Origin: Escherichia phage dune
Reading direction: 5' to 3' (one strand)
Length of the DNA: 64,000 bases
Sequence record: MN850636.1
Positions 1-9,537 of the stretch are shown here, piece by piece. The notes beneath the pieces are model-generated. The model searched no databases. It saw nothing but the letters and a program-made list of their open reading frames with translations, and was not told the DNA's origin. The position numbers and the translations under genes are program-made. The stretch's first letter is position 1, and every line of letters starts with the position of its first letter.

Positions 1-300
1 TTGAGCAACCTCTTTACGGTAATTTCTATATGTTGAGTAAGACTCATAAATCTCGTGATTGACTTCTGCCAAAGCACCCTCAACAATACTGTGAATATCA
101 TTTACTGAAATGAGTAAATTATTCTGCTTAGTGGACTTTACCAGAATCCTCATAAATGCTGACTCAAGAGCTTGGGTAACATCTGGTGGGAGTTCTTTAT
201 ACCCAACCCTATTAGCTGACTTTGTGACTGCTGCTAAAACTTTTTTGATATCAGGTTCTTCGAGTGAGCCATTCTTTTTAATAATCTGTACTTTGTTCAT
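1..300 (-). CDS. Partial CDS (5' end in window, runs off left edge); N-terminus MNKVQIIKKNGSLEEPDIKKVLAAV looks like an ATP-cone; possibly an RNR-family large subunit such as anaerobic NrdD
   Basis: Hand translation of minus strand gives 100 codons without stop; ATG at 298-300 with GGGG RBS 5 nt upstream; ATP-cone-like motif; adjacent to nrd genes. Confidence 0.4.
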   Translation of the reverse strand, partial: MNKVQIIKKNGSLEEPDIKKVLAAVTKSANRVGYKELPPDVTQALESAFMRILVKSTKQNNLLISVNDIHSIVEGALAEVNHEIYESYSTYRNYRKEVAQ

Positions 301-318
301 TATTGCCCCTTTACATGC

Positions 319-340
319 TAAAAAGGTCTCCGAAGAGACC
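319..340 (-). terminator. Rho-independent terminator (GGTCTC-TTCG-GAGACC hairpin followed by U-run on minus strand)
   Basis: Perfect 6-bp stem with tetraloop and flanking A-run on plus strand (T-run on minus). Confidence 0.5.
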
Positions 341-348
341 CTTTCATT

Positions 349-555
349 TTAAATCTTTTTAGAAAACTTCGAAAAGAGTTCTCTTAGTTTTTCAGTTATA
401 CCTAACTGTATCTCTAATATTTCAAAGATAACCCATAGTAACATAGCTCCAAACAATGAACCTTGTTCAAAGTCAGTAAATAGGTTAACAATAAGCATAC
501 CAATCACAATAGCTGGTGCATCAACAACCAAACCTTCCCAAAGGCGTTTAAGCAT
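349..555 (-). CDS. Small hydrophobic protein (68 aa), predicted membrane protein
   Basis: ORF track; hydrophobic segments AIVIGMLIVNLF and LFGAMLLWVIF. Confidence 0.4.
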   Translation of the reverse strand: MLKRLWEGLVVDAPAIVIGMLIVNLFTDFEQGSLFGAMLLWVIFEILEIQLGITEKLRELFSKFSKKI

Positions 556-790
556 TGTTCACCTCTGCCATAAAATTCTGTAGCGTCCCAACAGGCTTTA
601 GGTTTTGTCCATCAGTTTTCATGATGAATGGCATCTGACGAACTGGCATCTGTGCAATATCCATCAGGTCTGATAGCTCATAGTCCTGCCCTAACATTCT
701 CACAACATGGTCAATACCACGAGCTTTTGCAAAATTCTTTGCAGTCTCACACTGAGGGCATCCAGTTTTGGAGTAAATTACATAAGTCAT
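548..790 (-). CDS. Glutaredoxin/thioredoxin-like redox protein (NrdC/NrdH-like)
   Basis: 80 aa with CPQC active-site motif near N-terminus; immediately downstream of nrdB. Confidence 0.65.
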   Translation of the reverse strand: MTYVIYSKTGCPQCETAKNFAKARGIDHVVRMLGQDYELSDLMDIAQMPVRQMPFIMKTDGQNLKPVGTLQNFMAEVNNA

Positions 791-1923
791 TAAGGAACCT
801 CTAAAAATCCACTATTCAAATCATCTACAACAGTATTCAACAGGTACGCACCGTTCTGTTGCTCCTGATTAGCATTCTGCTCTTTATCAATTTCCATCTT
901 CTTAATCATATACTTTAAAGGTGGTTCTTTAGGAGCTACAAAATCTCTTGGAATGCCAAACATATCATACAGTGGGGCAGCATTATAGTAAACCCACTCA
1001 TGAAGAAGCTTTGTATTTAGGCCAACTACAGCACGTCCTTCGGAGAAGATATAATACGACCATTTCTCTTCACTTTCAACTACTTCATCTAAGATTACTT
1101 TAATCTCTGGAAGAATTTGTTGAAAAGCTTTCTGCCACTCATCATCTCTTAAAGTTTCTTTTAAAACTTCAATATCAATTTTAGTGTGAAGGATTTCATC
1201 AAGCATAATCTTCTGGACAGCTTGAGCAATACCCTGAAATTTATCTTGAGCATCAAGTGCAAAAGTACATGCAAAGGATGCCATAAAAGATATACCTTCC
1301 AGTGCAGTCACTGCAAATAGACCTTTCAGAATCACTTTATGGAAGTGTAAAGGGTCTTTGTCCAGAAGTGAATCACGAACATAATTCAGACGATAGTTTA
1401 TACCTTCATCCAGTAATTCTTCAAGAACACGATTCACAGTTTTTAATCGGTCTTGCACAGCAACATTCTGGTTAATCTCATCTAAGATTGTTTCAGGATT
1501 TTTAATACATTGCCTTACAATCTCTGAGTAAGTAAGAGCATGTAGGTTTTCAATCTCAGACTGCTTCATAATTGCAGTTGCATAAATATCATCAGAGATG
1601 AATGGTGCAAAGGCAAATGCTAAACTCTTAGCAACTTGGGTATCTGCTTCCCATTGCCACTTAAGAATCTCAAGCATTACACCTGACATTGATGCTGGTA
1701 CACTCTCAAAATCAAGACGTGATTGTTCAAAAGGGAACTCATCTTCTGACCAGTCTTGTGCTTTTTGTTGTTTATATAGCTCAAAGATTTTTGGGTAGTG
1801 CTTATTAAGTGAGTCAAATGTTTTTCTCTCACCACCTAAAAAGATTGGGTGTTGGTTAATCATAGTGTGATTTCTCCTTTCTTTATCATCTCTAAGGCTT
1901 GTTTTCTGTCTAAAACTTCCCAA
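790..1923 (-). CDS. nrdB: Ribonucleotide reductase class I small (beta) subunit
   Basis: 377 aa; ferritin-like R2 signature region (EGISFMASFACTFAL ... DEILHTKI); adjacent to nrdA. Confidence 0.88.
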   Translation of the reverse strand: MGSFRQKTSLRDDKERRNHTMINQHPIFLGGERKTFDSLNKHYPKIFELYKQQKAQDWSEDEFPFEQSRLDFESVPASMSGVMLEILKWQWEADTQVAKSLAFAFAPFISDDIYATAIMKQSEIENLHALTYSEIVRQCIKNPETILDEINQNVAVQDRLKTVNRVLEELLDEGINYRLNYVRDSLLDKDPLHFHKVILKGLFAVTALEGISFMASFACTFALDAQDKFQGIAQAVQKIMLDEILHTKIDIEVLKETLRDDEWQKAFQQILPEIKVILDEVVESEEKWSYYIFSEGRAVVGLNTKLLHEWVYYNAAPLYDMFGIPRDFVAPKEPPLKYMIKKMEIDKEQNANQEQQNGAYLLNTVVDDLNSGFLEVP

Positions 1924-2201
1924 TTTTCTTTGTTAAACATGTCATAAGGTCTTGCATAGATTTTACCATCTGCTGTAGAGATGTAAGAGACACCAGCGAC
2001 CCATGAGTCATCATTTTGTTTTATCATCATATCTGTGCTACTCACATAGTACAGCGTTTTCCGAGGTTTATGGAGCAAATATATGGGCCACTCATGATTT
2101 GCTATTAAATCTTTCATAGTTTCTCCAAAGTTAATTTTAGAGGGTCTTTTACGACCCTCGTAGTTATTAAAACTAAACACCACAACCCTCGCAATAAGCA
2201 T
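1860..2201 (-). CDS. Hypothetical protein between nrdA and nrdB
   Basis: ORF track only; overlaps nrdB start so true start may be internal. Confidence 0.35.
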   Translation of the reverse strand: MLIARVVVFSFNNYEGRKRPSKINFGETMKDLIANHEWPIYLLHKPRKTLYYVSSTDMMIKQNDDSWVAGVSYISTADGKIYARPYDMFNKENWEVLDRKQALEMIKKGEITL

Positions 2202-4407
2202 CTTGCAGTGCAGATTTACCTACACCAATGCGACTGTTAAGGTAGTACATGGTTTTCATACCTACTGAGTTGGCATAAATCATGTACTTCAAAGCTTGAG
2301 CCAATGATACCTTCTTAGACTTTGCATAGTCAACATAGAAATCTGAAGAGATAGCTTGACCAGTGAACTTTTGAACAATTGCATAACAATCAATCAGGTC
2401 AAAGGTGTCAATATCCCAAGCAATTTCATAGACATACTTCAACTCTTCGTAATCTGGAACAATAAACAGTACGTTACCAGTTGCAGACTTTTTAGTTAAA
2501 ATAAAGTCACGAATTGGATACAAGCCGTTTGTCGTATTAGTTGCCAGTGAAGAACTCTCATTAGGCATGTAAGCTTCTAATACAGAGTTACGGATTCCAC
2601 CATTTTCTTTAATACGTTGTGCTAAGTCATCCCAATCATAACGAAGTTTTGCATCATGCTTCTCATCAATCTTCCTGTTAGCTGTCTTTGGAGGAACCCA
2701 ACCTTCAGGATATTTAGTGAACTGCATATACTCAGGCACACCACGTTCTTTAGCAAGTCTTAAAGAAGCTTCGTGTAAGTAGTAAGAGTGCATTTCAGCA
2801 AGCTCATGAAGCTTCGTCTTACCTGCTCTTGAAGAGTAGTTCACGTAGTTTTTCGCAAGGTAATGAGCCACATTTGTAAGGCCAATCCCAACAGAACGAC
2901 GCTTCTGAACATGGTTACGCATCGACGGATACGGATAATCCATAAGGTCAATAACGGAGTCAACCATTGCAAGAGCATAATAAGCAACGTCAGCGTATTC
3001 ATCTTCTGAAATTCTCCCTGCAACCAAACTAGCTAGGAAGCAAAGAGCTACCTCACCATCCTCTTTCACAGCGTCATCTCTGTAAAGGTCTGTCTCTTTC
3101 TCAAAGCCATACACTGGCAACACAATTTCCATACAAAGATTTGACATCTTCAAAGGTTCTTTAAATGGTGTATGTGTGTTTGCATTATTTGTGAAGAATG
3201 GATACACACGGCCTGTTGCATAACGCTGCTGGATAAACAGTTTAGCAATTTCACGAGCCTTCACACGTCTGTGCTTGACACCTGAATGCACTGCATGACC
3301 AACTGCCATAGCAAACTCATCAGCAGATGCTGTGTAGAACATGTCATAGAGTTTTGGTGCATCTTTGTAAGAGAATAACAACCAATCTGTATCATACTGA
3401 ACACACTGCCAGAAATAATCGTTTGTGCCGAATGAGTAGTCCATCTCGTTAATACGTTTAGAAGGAACCGTTGTAGGGTGCTTCAAACGCAGTAAATCTT
3501 CAATCTGCGGGTCTAGAGCAGTGTAGAAGTTATTAGCTGAACCACCACGACTCTTCTGTTTGTTTGCCTCTACAGATGAACGTACAAGCTTGTAATAAGG
3601 TAGCTTACCCATGTGCTCAATAGTATTTTGACGGATACCATCACCAATAGTGCGAGTCTCCATCAGCATACCAATACCAGCTTGCTTTGTGGTCATATCA
3701 TAAGCAACCTTTGCAGCAATACCGAGAGACTCAGCAGTATCATTTGCCTTAATCAAACAGCATGACGCATAACCTGATTTAGTTGCTCTTAAACCATTTA
3801 AATAAGGCGTAGGAGCGTTAATCTTCAGGTCGGATAGGTAAGTGTACAGTTTGATAACATCTTGCAGTCTACGGTGCTTTGGTTGCTTCTCAAAGGCTTT
3901 CATAGCCATACCCATAAACATAAATTGTGGTGACTCAAACAGTCTTCCCGTTTTAATATCACGGATGCCGTACTTGTCTCTGAACTGTTTCAAGACTGCA
4001 TAACCGTAAGAGATATCTTTTGAGTGCACGATGTAACCTTGCAGGTATTCAAGCTCTTCCTGTGAATAATCCATCTTCTCCCAAAGTCCTGCTCTCTCCA
4101 TATTTTTAACGAAGGTAATCAGCGTAGGAACCTTAGTAAAGCCTCCAAAGGCTTCTTTGTAGATAATCCCTAGAAGTAGCCGTCCAGCCATATCTGAGTA
4201 CTCTTGAGTTTGTTTATCAACACAAACATCAATCATGGCTTGGTGCATCTCTTTTGTGGTGCATCCTTCATAAACACGTTTCATAGCTTCCATAGTGACT
4301 TCTGACCAGATAATTCCACGTTTATCTGCCCATGATGCCCACTTATTCAGTCTTTCTGGGTCAAAGCTTACTACTGTACCATTTGATTTTTTAATTGTCT
4401 TAATCAT
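2173..4407 (-). CDS. nrdA: Ribonucleotide reductase class I large (alpha) subunit
   Basis: 744 aa; N-terminal ATP-cone (TVVSFDPERLNKW), active-site NxCxE motif (SNLCMEIVLP), C-terminal Cys pair (CEGCGV). Confidence 0.92.
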   Translation of the reverse strand: MIKTIKKSNGTVVSFDPERLNKWASWADKRGIIWSEVTMEAMKRVYEGCTTKEMHQAMIDVCVDKQTQEYSDMAGRLLLGIIYKEAFGGFTKVPTLITFVKNMERAGLWEKMDYSQEELEYLQGYIVHSKDISYGYAVLKQFRDKYGIRDIKTGRLFESPQFMFMGMAMKAFEKQPKHRRLQDVIKLYTYLSDLKINAPTPYLNGLRATKSGYASCCLIKANDTAESLGIAAKVAYDMTTKQAGIGMLMETRTIGDGIRQNTIEHMGKLPYYKLVRSSVEANKQKSRGGSANNFYTALDPQIEDLLRLKHPTTVPSKRINEMDYSFGTNDYFWQCVQYDTDWLLFSYKDAPKLYDMFYTASADEFAMAVGHAVHSGVKHRRVKAREIAKLFIQQRYATGRVYPFFTNNANTHTPFKEPLKMSNLCMEIVLPVYGFEKETDLYRDDAVKEDGEVALCFLASLVAGRISEDEYADVAYYALAMVDSVIDLMDYPYPSMRNHVQKRRSVGIGLTNVAHYLAKNYVNYSSRAGKTKLHELAEMHSYYLHEASLRLAKERGVPEYMQFTKYPEGWVPPKTANRKIDEKHDAKLRYDWDDLAQRIKENGGIRNSVLEAYMPNESSSLATNTTNGLYPIRDFILTKKSATGNVLFIVPDYEELKYVYEIAWDIDTFDLIDCYAIVQKFTGQAISSDFYVDYAKSKKVSLAQALKYMIYANSVGMKTMYYLNSRIGVGKSALQDAYCEGCGV

Positions 4408-4425
4408 TTTCGAATCCTACAGATG

Positions 4426-4447
4426 AAAAGAGCCTCCGAAGAGGCTC
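4426..4447 (-). terminator. Rho-independent terminator (GAGCCTC-TTCG-GAGGCTC + U-run on minus strand)
   Basis: 7-bp perfect stem, tetraloop, A-run on plus strand upstream. Confidence 0.55.
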
Positions 4448-4453
4448 CGTAGT

Positions 4454-4786
4454 TTAAATCTTGAAAATTTGCTCATTCTGCCACATATCGTAAAACTTAT
4501 CACTTACCTTTGTGACTGAAGATGTGTGCATACAATTGACGAACCATGATATATTATTGCTCATAATAATTTCAAGCTGTTTTGTGACATCAAAATTCAT
4601 GTCTTCAACAACATAATTACCTCGCATCTTGCAAACAATTCTTCCAAACAAGATTGCACTTCTGCCTCTTCGGTCATCACAGTACATAACTGTGTCCCCG
4701 TGCTTAACATCTTGTCCGATACTATCAACACCTAATTTAGCACCTGAGATAATGTCATCATAAGATAGCTTTTTTGCTTTAGACAC
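4454..4786 (-). CDS. Hypothetical protein (110 aa)
   Basis: ORF track; tight spacing in minus-strand operon. Confidence 0.5.
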   Translation of the reverse strand: MSKAKKLSYDDIISGAKLGVDSIGQDVKHGDTVMYCDDRRGRSAILFGRIVCKMRGNYVVEDMNFDVTKQLEIIMSNNISWFVNCMHTSSVTKVSDKFYDMWQNEQIFKI

Positions 4787-5111
4787 GGTATTTCTCCAAG
4801 TTTCTTTTTAGATACAACCAACCATAGTCAGTCCTTTCTACACCCATAAAGAGTGGAGCCATCACAACTTTACCGAAAGTATTCCTGTGTTGGCAGATTT
4901 CAAAGGAATACTCTTTCTCAATATCAATCCCGTATTTGTACAGGACTGCTTTTAAAACTTGTTCATTGTCCAGAAGTGTATCTGGAGTCTCACCATATTT
5001 TTCTAGTAACGGGTCATTCATAAACACCGTCATAGAAATATTGTAGTTTGAGAAGTGGCTCTTCTGAGCCACACCCTCTTTATTAATGTTCTGTGAATCC
5101 ATTATAACCAA
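4779..5111 (-). CDS. Hypothetical protein (110 aa)
   Basis: ORF track; overlaps neighbours by few nt. Confidence 0.5.
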   Translation of the reverse strand: MVIMDSQNINKEGVAQKSHFSNYNISMTVFMNDPLLEKYGETPDTLLDNEQVLKAVLYKYGIDIEKEYSFEICQHRNTFGKVVMAPLFMGVERTDYGWLYLKRNLEKYRV

Positions 5112-5838
5112 CCCCTTTTAACCAGCACTTCAGGTTATTAGCATCATAATTCAGTTTCGGGTATGAGGTTACATGGAACTGCTCACCATCATAATAGACA
5201 ATATCTGCAATCCATAGTCCATTCTCTTTACAGAAGTCTTTATCTGCTTTAGAGGTAATTGGATTAACTTCTACAAAACCATCTACACCCAAATCCTTTA
5301 AGCTACCTACAATACCTTTGCAGATAACGCATGTCTCAGATACTACCACAAAAAGTTCTTGGCTTTCAAGCTCTACAATGTATTCACCAAGCTGTACTTT
5401 AGGGAGATTTGATTGCTTCATAATCTTCCCATCGGCTGCACGAACAATCGCATACCACTCTTTACCATCAACTACTGACATTCTGATAATACACTCTTGA
5501 CCAGTACGCTTTTCAATGTCTGCAAGACGTTTTAAAGCTTCTTCATAGTTATCTGTGTACTTCAGGTCATTATTATGGCAAACAGCTTTCATAGCACCGT
5601 TATGGTCATGTTGTGACAGATAAATCAAGCCGTCAAGAACATATTGTAAATCTGCCTGAGCATCCAGTGTCTCAATGGGGTCTTTCTCTTCAATTGCTTT
5701 TACAAGCTCTTTTGCTTCTTCAAGCATACACAGAGATTGAGATTTTAAAGATTCCCAATACTCATCACTGTAAGGTTGCTTTTGAGTGTTTCCACAACGA
5801 AGGTTCCAGTTTTTTACTGATTCTCTTGAGTTAAACAT
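5083..5838 (-). CDS. Hypothetical protein (251 aa)
   Basis: ORF track. Confidence 0.5.
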   Translation of the reverse strand: MFNSRESVKNWNLRCGNTQKQPYSDEYWESLKSQSLCMLEEAKELVKAIEEKDPIETLDAQADLQYVLDGLIYLSQHDHNGAMKAVCHNNDLKYTDNYEEALKRLADIEKRTGQECIIRMSVVDGKEWYAIVRAADGKIMKQSNLPKVQLGEYIVELESQELFVVVSETCVICKGIVGSLKDLGVDGFVEVNPITSKADKDFCKENGLWIADIVYYDGEQFHVTSYPKLNYDANNLKCWLKGVGYNGFTEH

Positions 5839-6077
5839 TCGGACTCCTTAAAATATTTGTTAACCTTTAGCTCTCGTGTTTCAATATACTCTAGATGCTC
5901 ACGTAGCTCTTGACGTTTAAGCATTAGGTGCTGCATTTGAGATTCAACAGCTTCAACTTCTTTAATTATTGACTCTCTAGCATTTGCAAGAACGCGCTCA
6001 AGTTCTTCAATCTTGCTGTCAACTTTTGCTACATGACTCACAGCTTTACTTTTGTTAAACATTTTATTCTCTCTCAA
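5814..6077 (-). CDS. Hypothetical coiled-coil protein (87 aa)
   Basis: ORF track; charged heptad-like sequence. Confidence 0.45.
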   Translation of the reverse strand: MRENKMFNKSKAVSHVAKVDSKIEELERVLANARESIIKEVEAVESQMQHLMLKRQELREHLEYIETRELKVNKYFKESECLTQENQ

Positions 6078-6083
6078 TAGTTA

Positions 6084-6584
6084 TCAAGCACAATTTGCTT
6101 TCATGACCTTATGGATTCTTTTTTCAGCATCTTCATAAGTTTCTTTAGTAATAAACTTAATTGCTGCAATATTGGCATTGTAGAAGAGTCTGAGCTTCGA
6201 GTCAATCCTTTTTGTCATTACATCGAACTTATGTTGAAGGTTTGCTTCACCATAAACTAGACCACCTTTTGTGTAGTAGGTTTGGATAATGTAAAAATCA
6301 AAAGATTCCTTTCCAAAGCTCTCAATATCTTTTTTAATATACTCAGAAGAAGTCTCGTAAGTCATCCAATCACTTTCCTTAGTAACTACCTTCTTCCGAG
6401 TCTTCCCAGCAACTTTTCTTTTGGTCACACTGTTAAGCTGTTTCTTACCCAAATAGTACTGTCCAGTCTTTTTGCAGTACACTAGGTAGACAAAACCAAA
6501 GTGCTTTGCTGGGTCAACTTCACCACATAGTGAAACCCAATGTCCATATTCAGGACAATTGCCAAAACCTTTTATTTTTCTCAT
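6084..6584 (-). CDS. Putative GIY-YIG-like homing endonuclease (weak)
   Basis: Motif FVYLVYCKKTGQYYLGKK resembles GIY-(10)-YIG; basic tail; located in a cluster with an HNH endonuclease. Confidence 0.35.
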   Translation of the reverse strand: MRKIKGFGNCPEYGHWVSLCGEVDPAKHFGFVYLVYCKKTGQYYLGKKQLNSVTKRKVAGKTRKKVVTKESDWMTYETSSEYIKKDIESFGKESFDFYIIQTYYTKGGLVYGEANLQHKFDVMTKRIDSKLRLFYNANIAAIKFITKETYEDAEKRIHKVMKANCA

Positions 6585-7081
6585 TCATAAGCTTCTCCGT
6601 GATTTGTAAACTCTTTATGGAGTTCTTCTCTTTTCTTTTTGACAACTAATTCAGCCTCAGCGATAGAGTCAAATAAACCTAGATGATAGCAAACTTTATT
6701 ATGCTTGACTTGTGCAGCCCATCTACCTCTTTGCTTATGGTAATATACACCCTTCACACCAGATTTATTATCTCTTCTTTTGGCTGCATTACAGTTATTA
6801 TCTGACCTGCTACACTCTCTCAAATTGTCGAACCAGTTGTCGTGCCTGATACCATTCTTATGGTCAACAAATTTTGGTAGGTATCCTTTCATATACAAGA
6901 ATGCCAGTCTGTGTGCTGCATATCTTTTCCCGAAGAGTTTTATGTAGATATAACCACTATGATGTTTAAGACCCGCTACTGAGCCAGCTTTGGCCTTACC
7001 TTTTCTATTAACTAACCAAGTAAAGACCCCTGTTTCGGGGTCATAGTGCAGGTATTCTTTAAGAGTTTGTTGGGTTAACAT
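6581..7081 (-). CDS. HNH homing endonuclease with C-terminal AP2-like DNA-binding domain
   Basis: HYDPETGVFTW N-motif, AHRLAFLY...VDHKNG...DN..NLRE (HNH_3-like), SGVKGVYYHKQRGRWAAQV (AP2-like); ORF track start 7105, ATG at 7081 more likely. Confidence 0.8.
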   Translation of the reverse strand: MLTQQTLKEYLHYDPETGVFTWLVNRKGKAKAGSVAGLKHHSGYIYIKLFGKRYAAHRLAFLYMKGYLPKFVDHKNGIRHDNWFDNLRECSRSDNNCNAAKRRDNKSGVKGVYYHKQRGRWAAQVKHNKVCYHLGLFDSIAEAELVVKKKREELHKEFTNHGEAYE

Positions 7082-8105
7082 TTGGTGTCCATCCATACTT
7101 ATCAAAAGTGAAATCGTCTTTCTTATTTCTTTCCTGATAAGCTAAGAAAAAGTGTTGCTGCATTAACTCTAAAGGTGTTCTGGTAATTGTTTGACCATCC
7201 CACGAGACATAAGTGTATGACTCTTTCTTAGCATAAAGCTCATAAATTGCATCAAGACACTCTTTGTAAGTGGTTTTACCTTCAAGGGCTTTCATTATAG
7301 TAACCTTACCAACACCCTTTAAACCGAAATAATTATCCGCATTATCACCAGCCACGGCTTGATAGCAAAGAAATTTAAAACCTACCCCAACTGTCTTCTT
7401 AGCTTTGGGTGTCGATTTTATTGGGCAATCCCAAATTTCACCAACGTTGTTATCAGCAATGAAAATCAAAGGTGACTTTTCATAGGTCATATCAATGCAG
7501 TAAGTCCCTTCAGCTTGGCGAAGGTCTTTATCAATACTCATCAAGGCAGCCTTTTTACCCATCTTTTCAGCTTTAGCAATAACGATAGAGTCAGCTTCGA
7601 ATCCATCAAGAATTAGCTTGAACTCTGGCCTTGACAGAAGATACTCGCGACAAGCAACTAAGTGTGTTGGTGTGACAGCATCTTTACGGTTACCTTGATA
7701 TTGGTGCTCAAGACCTTTAATGTCTTTATGTTTATGCACACCTTTCTCTGTTAAATAACCTACCCAAGTTCTTTCTTTACCAACAACCTTAAGCCATTCC
7801 TGAAGCACCTGTTGAGTAGCCATGATAGCTTCTTTTTCACTCTTAGCTTCTTTCCAAGTCTGTCTTTCCCATTCATCTTCATCAAATGTCAGGCCAAGCT
7901 CTTCCACAAGGATTCTCTGGTCTGCTAACCATCTTGCAGCATCTTTCGCATTATCAAACGAATCAGATTCTTCTGCTGTGAGTTTATTGACATATTTATA
8001 TTTTGCTTTCTCAACTACACAAGCACCTTTATAGGCAATACTGTCAGAGTCAATAAAAACATGTGTAACTGAATCGGGAAGTTTTGTTAATGTGTACTTC
8101 TCCAT
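7059..8105 (-). CDS. 5'-3' exonuclease / flap endonuclease (T7 gp6-like, RNase H-like)
   Basis: FEN-family acidic motifs: ILDGFEADSIV, SIDKDLRQ, AGDNADNYFGLKGVGK matching the gp6 pattern from memory. Confidence 0.7.
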   Translation of the reverse strand: MEKYTLTKLPDSVTHVFIDSDSIAYKGACVVEKAKYKYVNKLTAEESDSFDNAKDAARWLADQRILVEELGLTFDEDEWERQTWKEAKSEKEAIMATQQVLQEWLKVVGKERTWVGYLTEKGVHKHKDIKGLEHQYQGNRKDAVTPTHLVACREYLLSRPEFKLILDGFEADSIVIAKAEKMGKKAALMSIDKDLRQAEGTYCIDMTYEKSPLIFIADNNVGEIWDCPIKSTPKAKKTVGVGFKFLCYQAVAGDNADNYFGLKGVGKVTIMKALEGKTTYKECLDAIYELYAKKESYTYVSWDGQTITRTPLELMQQHFFLAYQERNKKDDFTFDKYGWTPNVNPTNS

Positions 8106-8121
8106 TATGGCTCTCCATATG

Positions 8122-8148
8122 AAAAAGCCCCATACTAAGTACAGGGCT
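8122..8148 (-). terminator. Putative rho-independent terminator downstream of SSB gene
   Basis: AGCCC/GGGCT stem with U-run on minus strand. Confidence 0.4.
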
Positions 8149-8167
8149 TTAAAGTAACTTTTAGAGA

Positions 8168-9025
8168 TTAGTCTTCTGTGTCGAAGTCTTCATCTTCTTC
8201 GTCATCTGGGTCTGGCAAATCTTCATCATCACCATCATCAGAAGTATTCGAAGATTTATGGTCTGTTGCGTCTTCTTCAGTGATTTCACCGTTATCTTCA
8301 ACACCATCAAGACCAAGCATAGCCAGTTCATCTTCATCCAGTTCAGGTTCACCATTAGCACCGTTACCACCAGTGTAAGGTACAAGGGTATCAATGATAA
8401 ACTGTTCCTGAATAGGTTTTGTCAGAACATTGTTCTCAAAAGTGTAGAAGTGAGTAGAAAGAATCACACTACCAAAAGAACCGTTACCAACTGCGATATC
8501 TGGATGAATTACATCATAGTTCTTGTCATCTTCATGTTTATCAGATGCTTGAGCTTTGATTTTCTTCATCGGCTGCTTAACAGCTACACGCTTACCATTT
8601 ACTTCTTCAATCAGCATTACAGGGAATGACTGTTTAGCTGTCCATACAGCACCATCTTTATAAGCTGCTGCACGACTTACTTTCAAGATGTAGTAAGTGT
8701 CTGCTTCAAAAGGTGGTTTACAACCAAACTTCTCTTCGAAGTCATCTGCATCAACTGCTTCAGTAGTAACTTTGTCCCAGCCTTCTGGGTTTTTCTTAGA
8801 CTTAGTAAACTCTTTAAACAGCTTGTTACCATCTTCTGCCAGAATTGACACACTGTAGTTACAGTCTTTGCCTGGGAATTTCTTATCAATAGACTTACCT
8901 TTCCCCGGACGTGGTGAAGTATTCAGGTAATAAAACCAGACATCTTTCAGCAGGTAACGCAGAGTTTGACGTTCAGTACCGTTGTATTTCTCTACCGGAG
9001 CTTTCATTTTAACAACTTTAGACAT
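8168..9025 (-). CDS. Putative ssDNA-binding protein with highly acidic C-terminal tail
   Basis: 285 aa; C-terminal 40 aa almost entirely D/E ending DEDFDTED; position between exonuclease and primase-helicase as in T7-like replication modules. Confidence 0.45.
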   Translation of the reverse strand: MSKVVKMKAPVEKYNGTERQTLRYLLKDVWFYYLNTSPRPGKGKSIDKKFPGKDCNYSVSILAEDGNKLFKEFTKSKKNPEGWDKVTTEAVDADDFEEKFGCKPPFEADTYYILKVSRAAAYKDGAVWTAKQSFPVMLIEEVNGKRVAVKQPMKKIKAQASDKHEDDKNYDVIHPDIAVGNGSFGSVILSTHFYTFENNVLTKPIQEQFIIDTLVPYTGGNGANGEPELDEDELAMLGLDGVEDNGEITEEDATDHKSSNTSDDGDDEDLPDPDDEEDEDFDTED

Positions 9026-9098
9026 TATTTAAACCTCTATCTCAATTTATGAAGAGTACCAATTCTAATTTGTTGATACTCTATTGTCAAATACTAAT

Positions 9099-9247
9099 TA
9101 CTGGAAGTTGTGCTTATCTTTAGAAGCTGCTTTACGTGCAGTTTTTCCAGTTCTTACACGTTTCTCTTCATAGTATTTTGCTGGTTTTCCAGCAGTGGCT
9201 TTTAAGGAATCCCCAAAAACTTTTTCAAATGCTTTAGAGTGTTTCAT
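9099..9247 (-). CDS. Small basic protein (49 aa), not in ORF track
   Basis: Hand translation MKHSKAFEKVFGDSLKATAGKPAKYYEEKRVRTGKTARKAASKDKHNFQ; GGAG RBS 6 nt upstream; ATGA stop-start overlap with upstream ORF. Confidence 0.5.
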
Positions 9248-9537
9248 GATATTCTCCGATATACTTGATATTCAAACACATTTTCTTTAATTATAAACAG
9301 CCAGCTAATATTATGCTGAGGCAGCGCAATGATGACTGTAATCATGCTCTGGTGGAAATCTTGTTTTATCTCAACTTCCCCATCGCATTTCATGTGGAGC
9401 ATTCTATAGAACCTATCAATCTTTGTCAAACACTCTTCCTGAAATTTATTTAAACTTTTTTCTTCAAAGAAGGGTGTGAACCCCTCTCTTTTATAACTAT
9501 CACTCAGTTTCAAACGGGCAGTCATCTGCATCCTCAC
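9244..9537 (-). CDS. Hypothetical protein (97 aa)
   Basis: ORF track; stop overlaps start of the 49-aa ORF (translational coupling). Confidence 0.45.
   Translation of the reverse strand: MRMQMTARLKLSDSYKREGFTPFFEEKSLNKFQEECLTKIDRFYRMLHMKCDGEVEIKQDFHQSMITVIIALPQHNISWLFIIKENVFEYQVYRRIS

Noticed and set aside
110-352. Plus-strand ORF (80 aa) at window start
   Set aside because: It is antisense to a continuous minus-strand reading frame with RBS and ATP-cone-like N-terminus (1-300); the plus-strand ORF has no RBS and low-complexity sequence
8178-8378. Plus-strand poly-Ser ORF
   Set aside because: Antisense shadow of the acidic (GAx/GAy codon) C-terminal tail of the SSB-like gene
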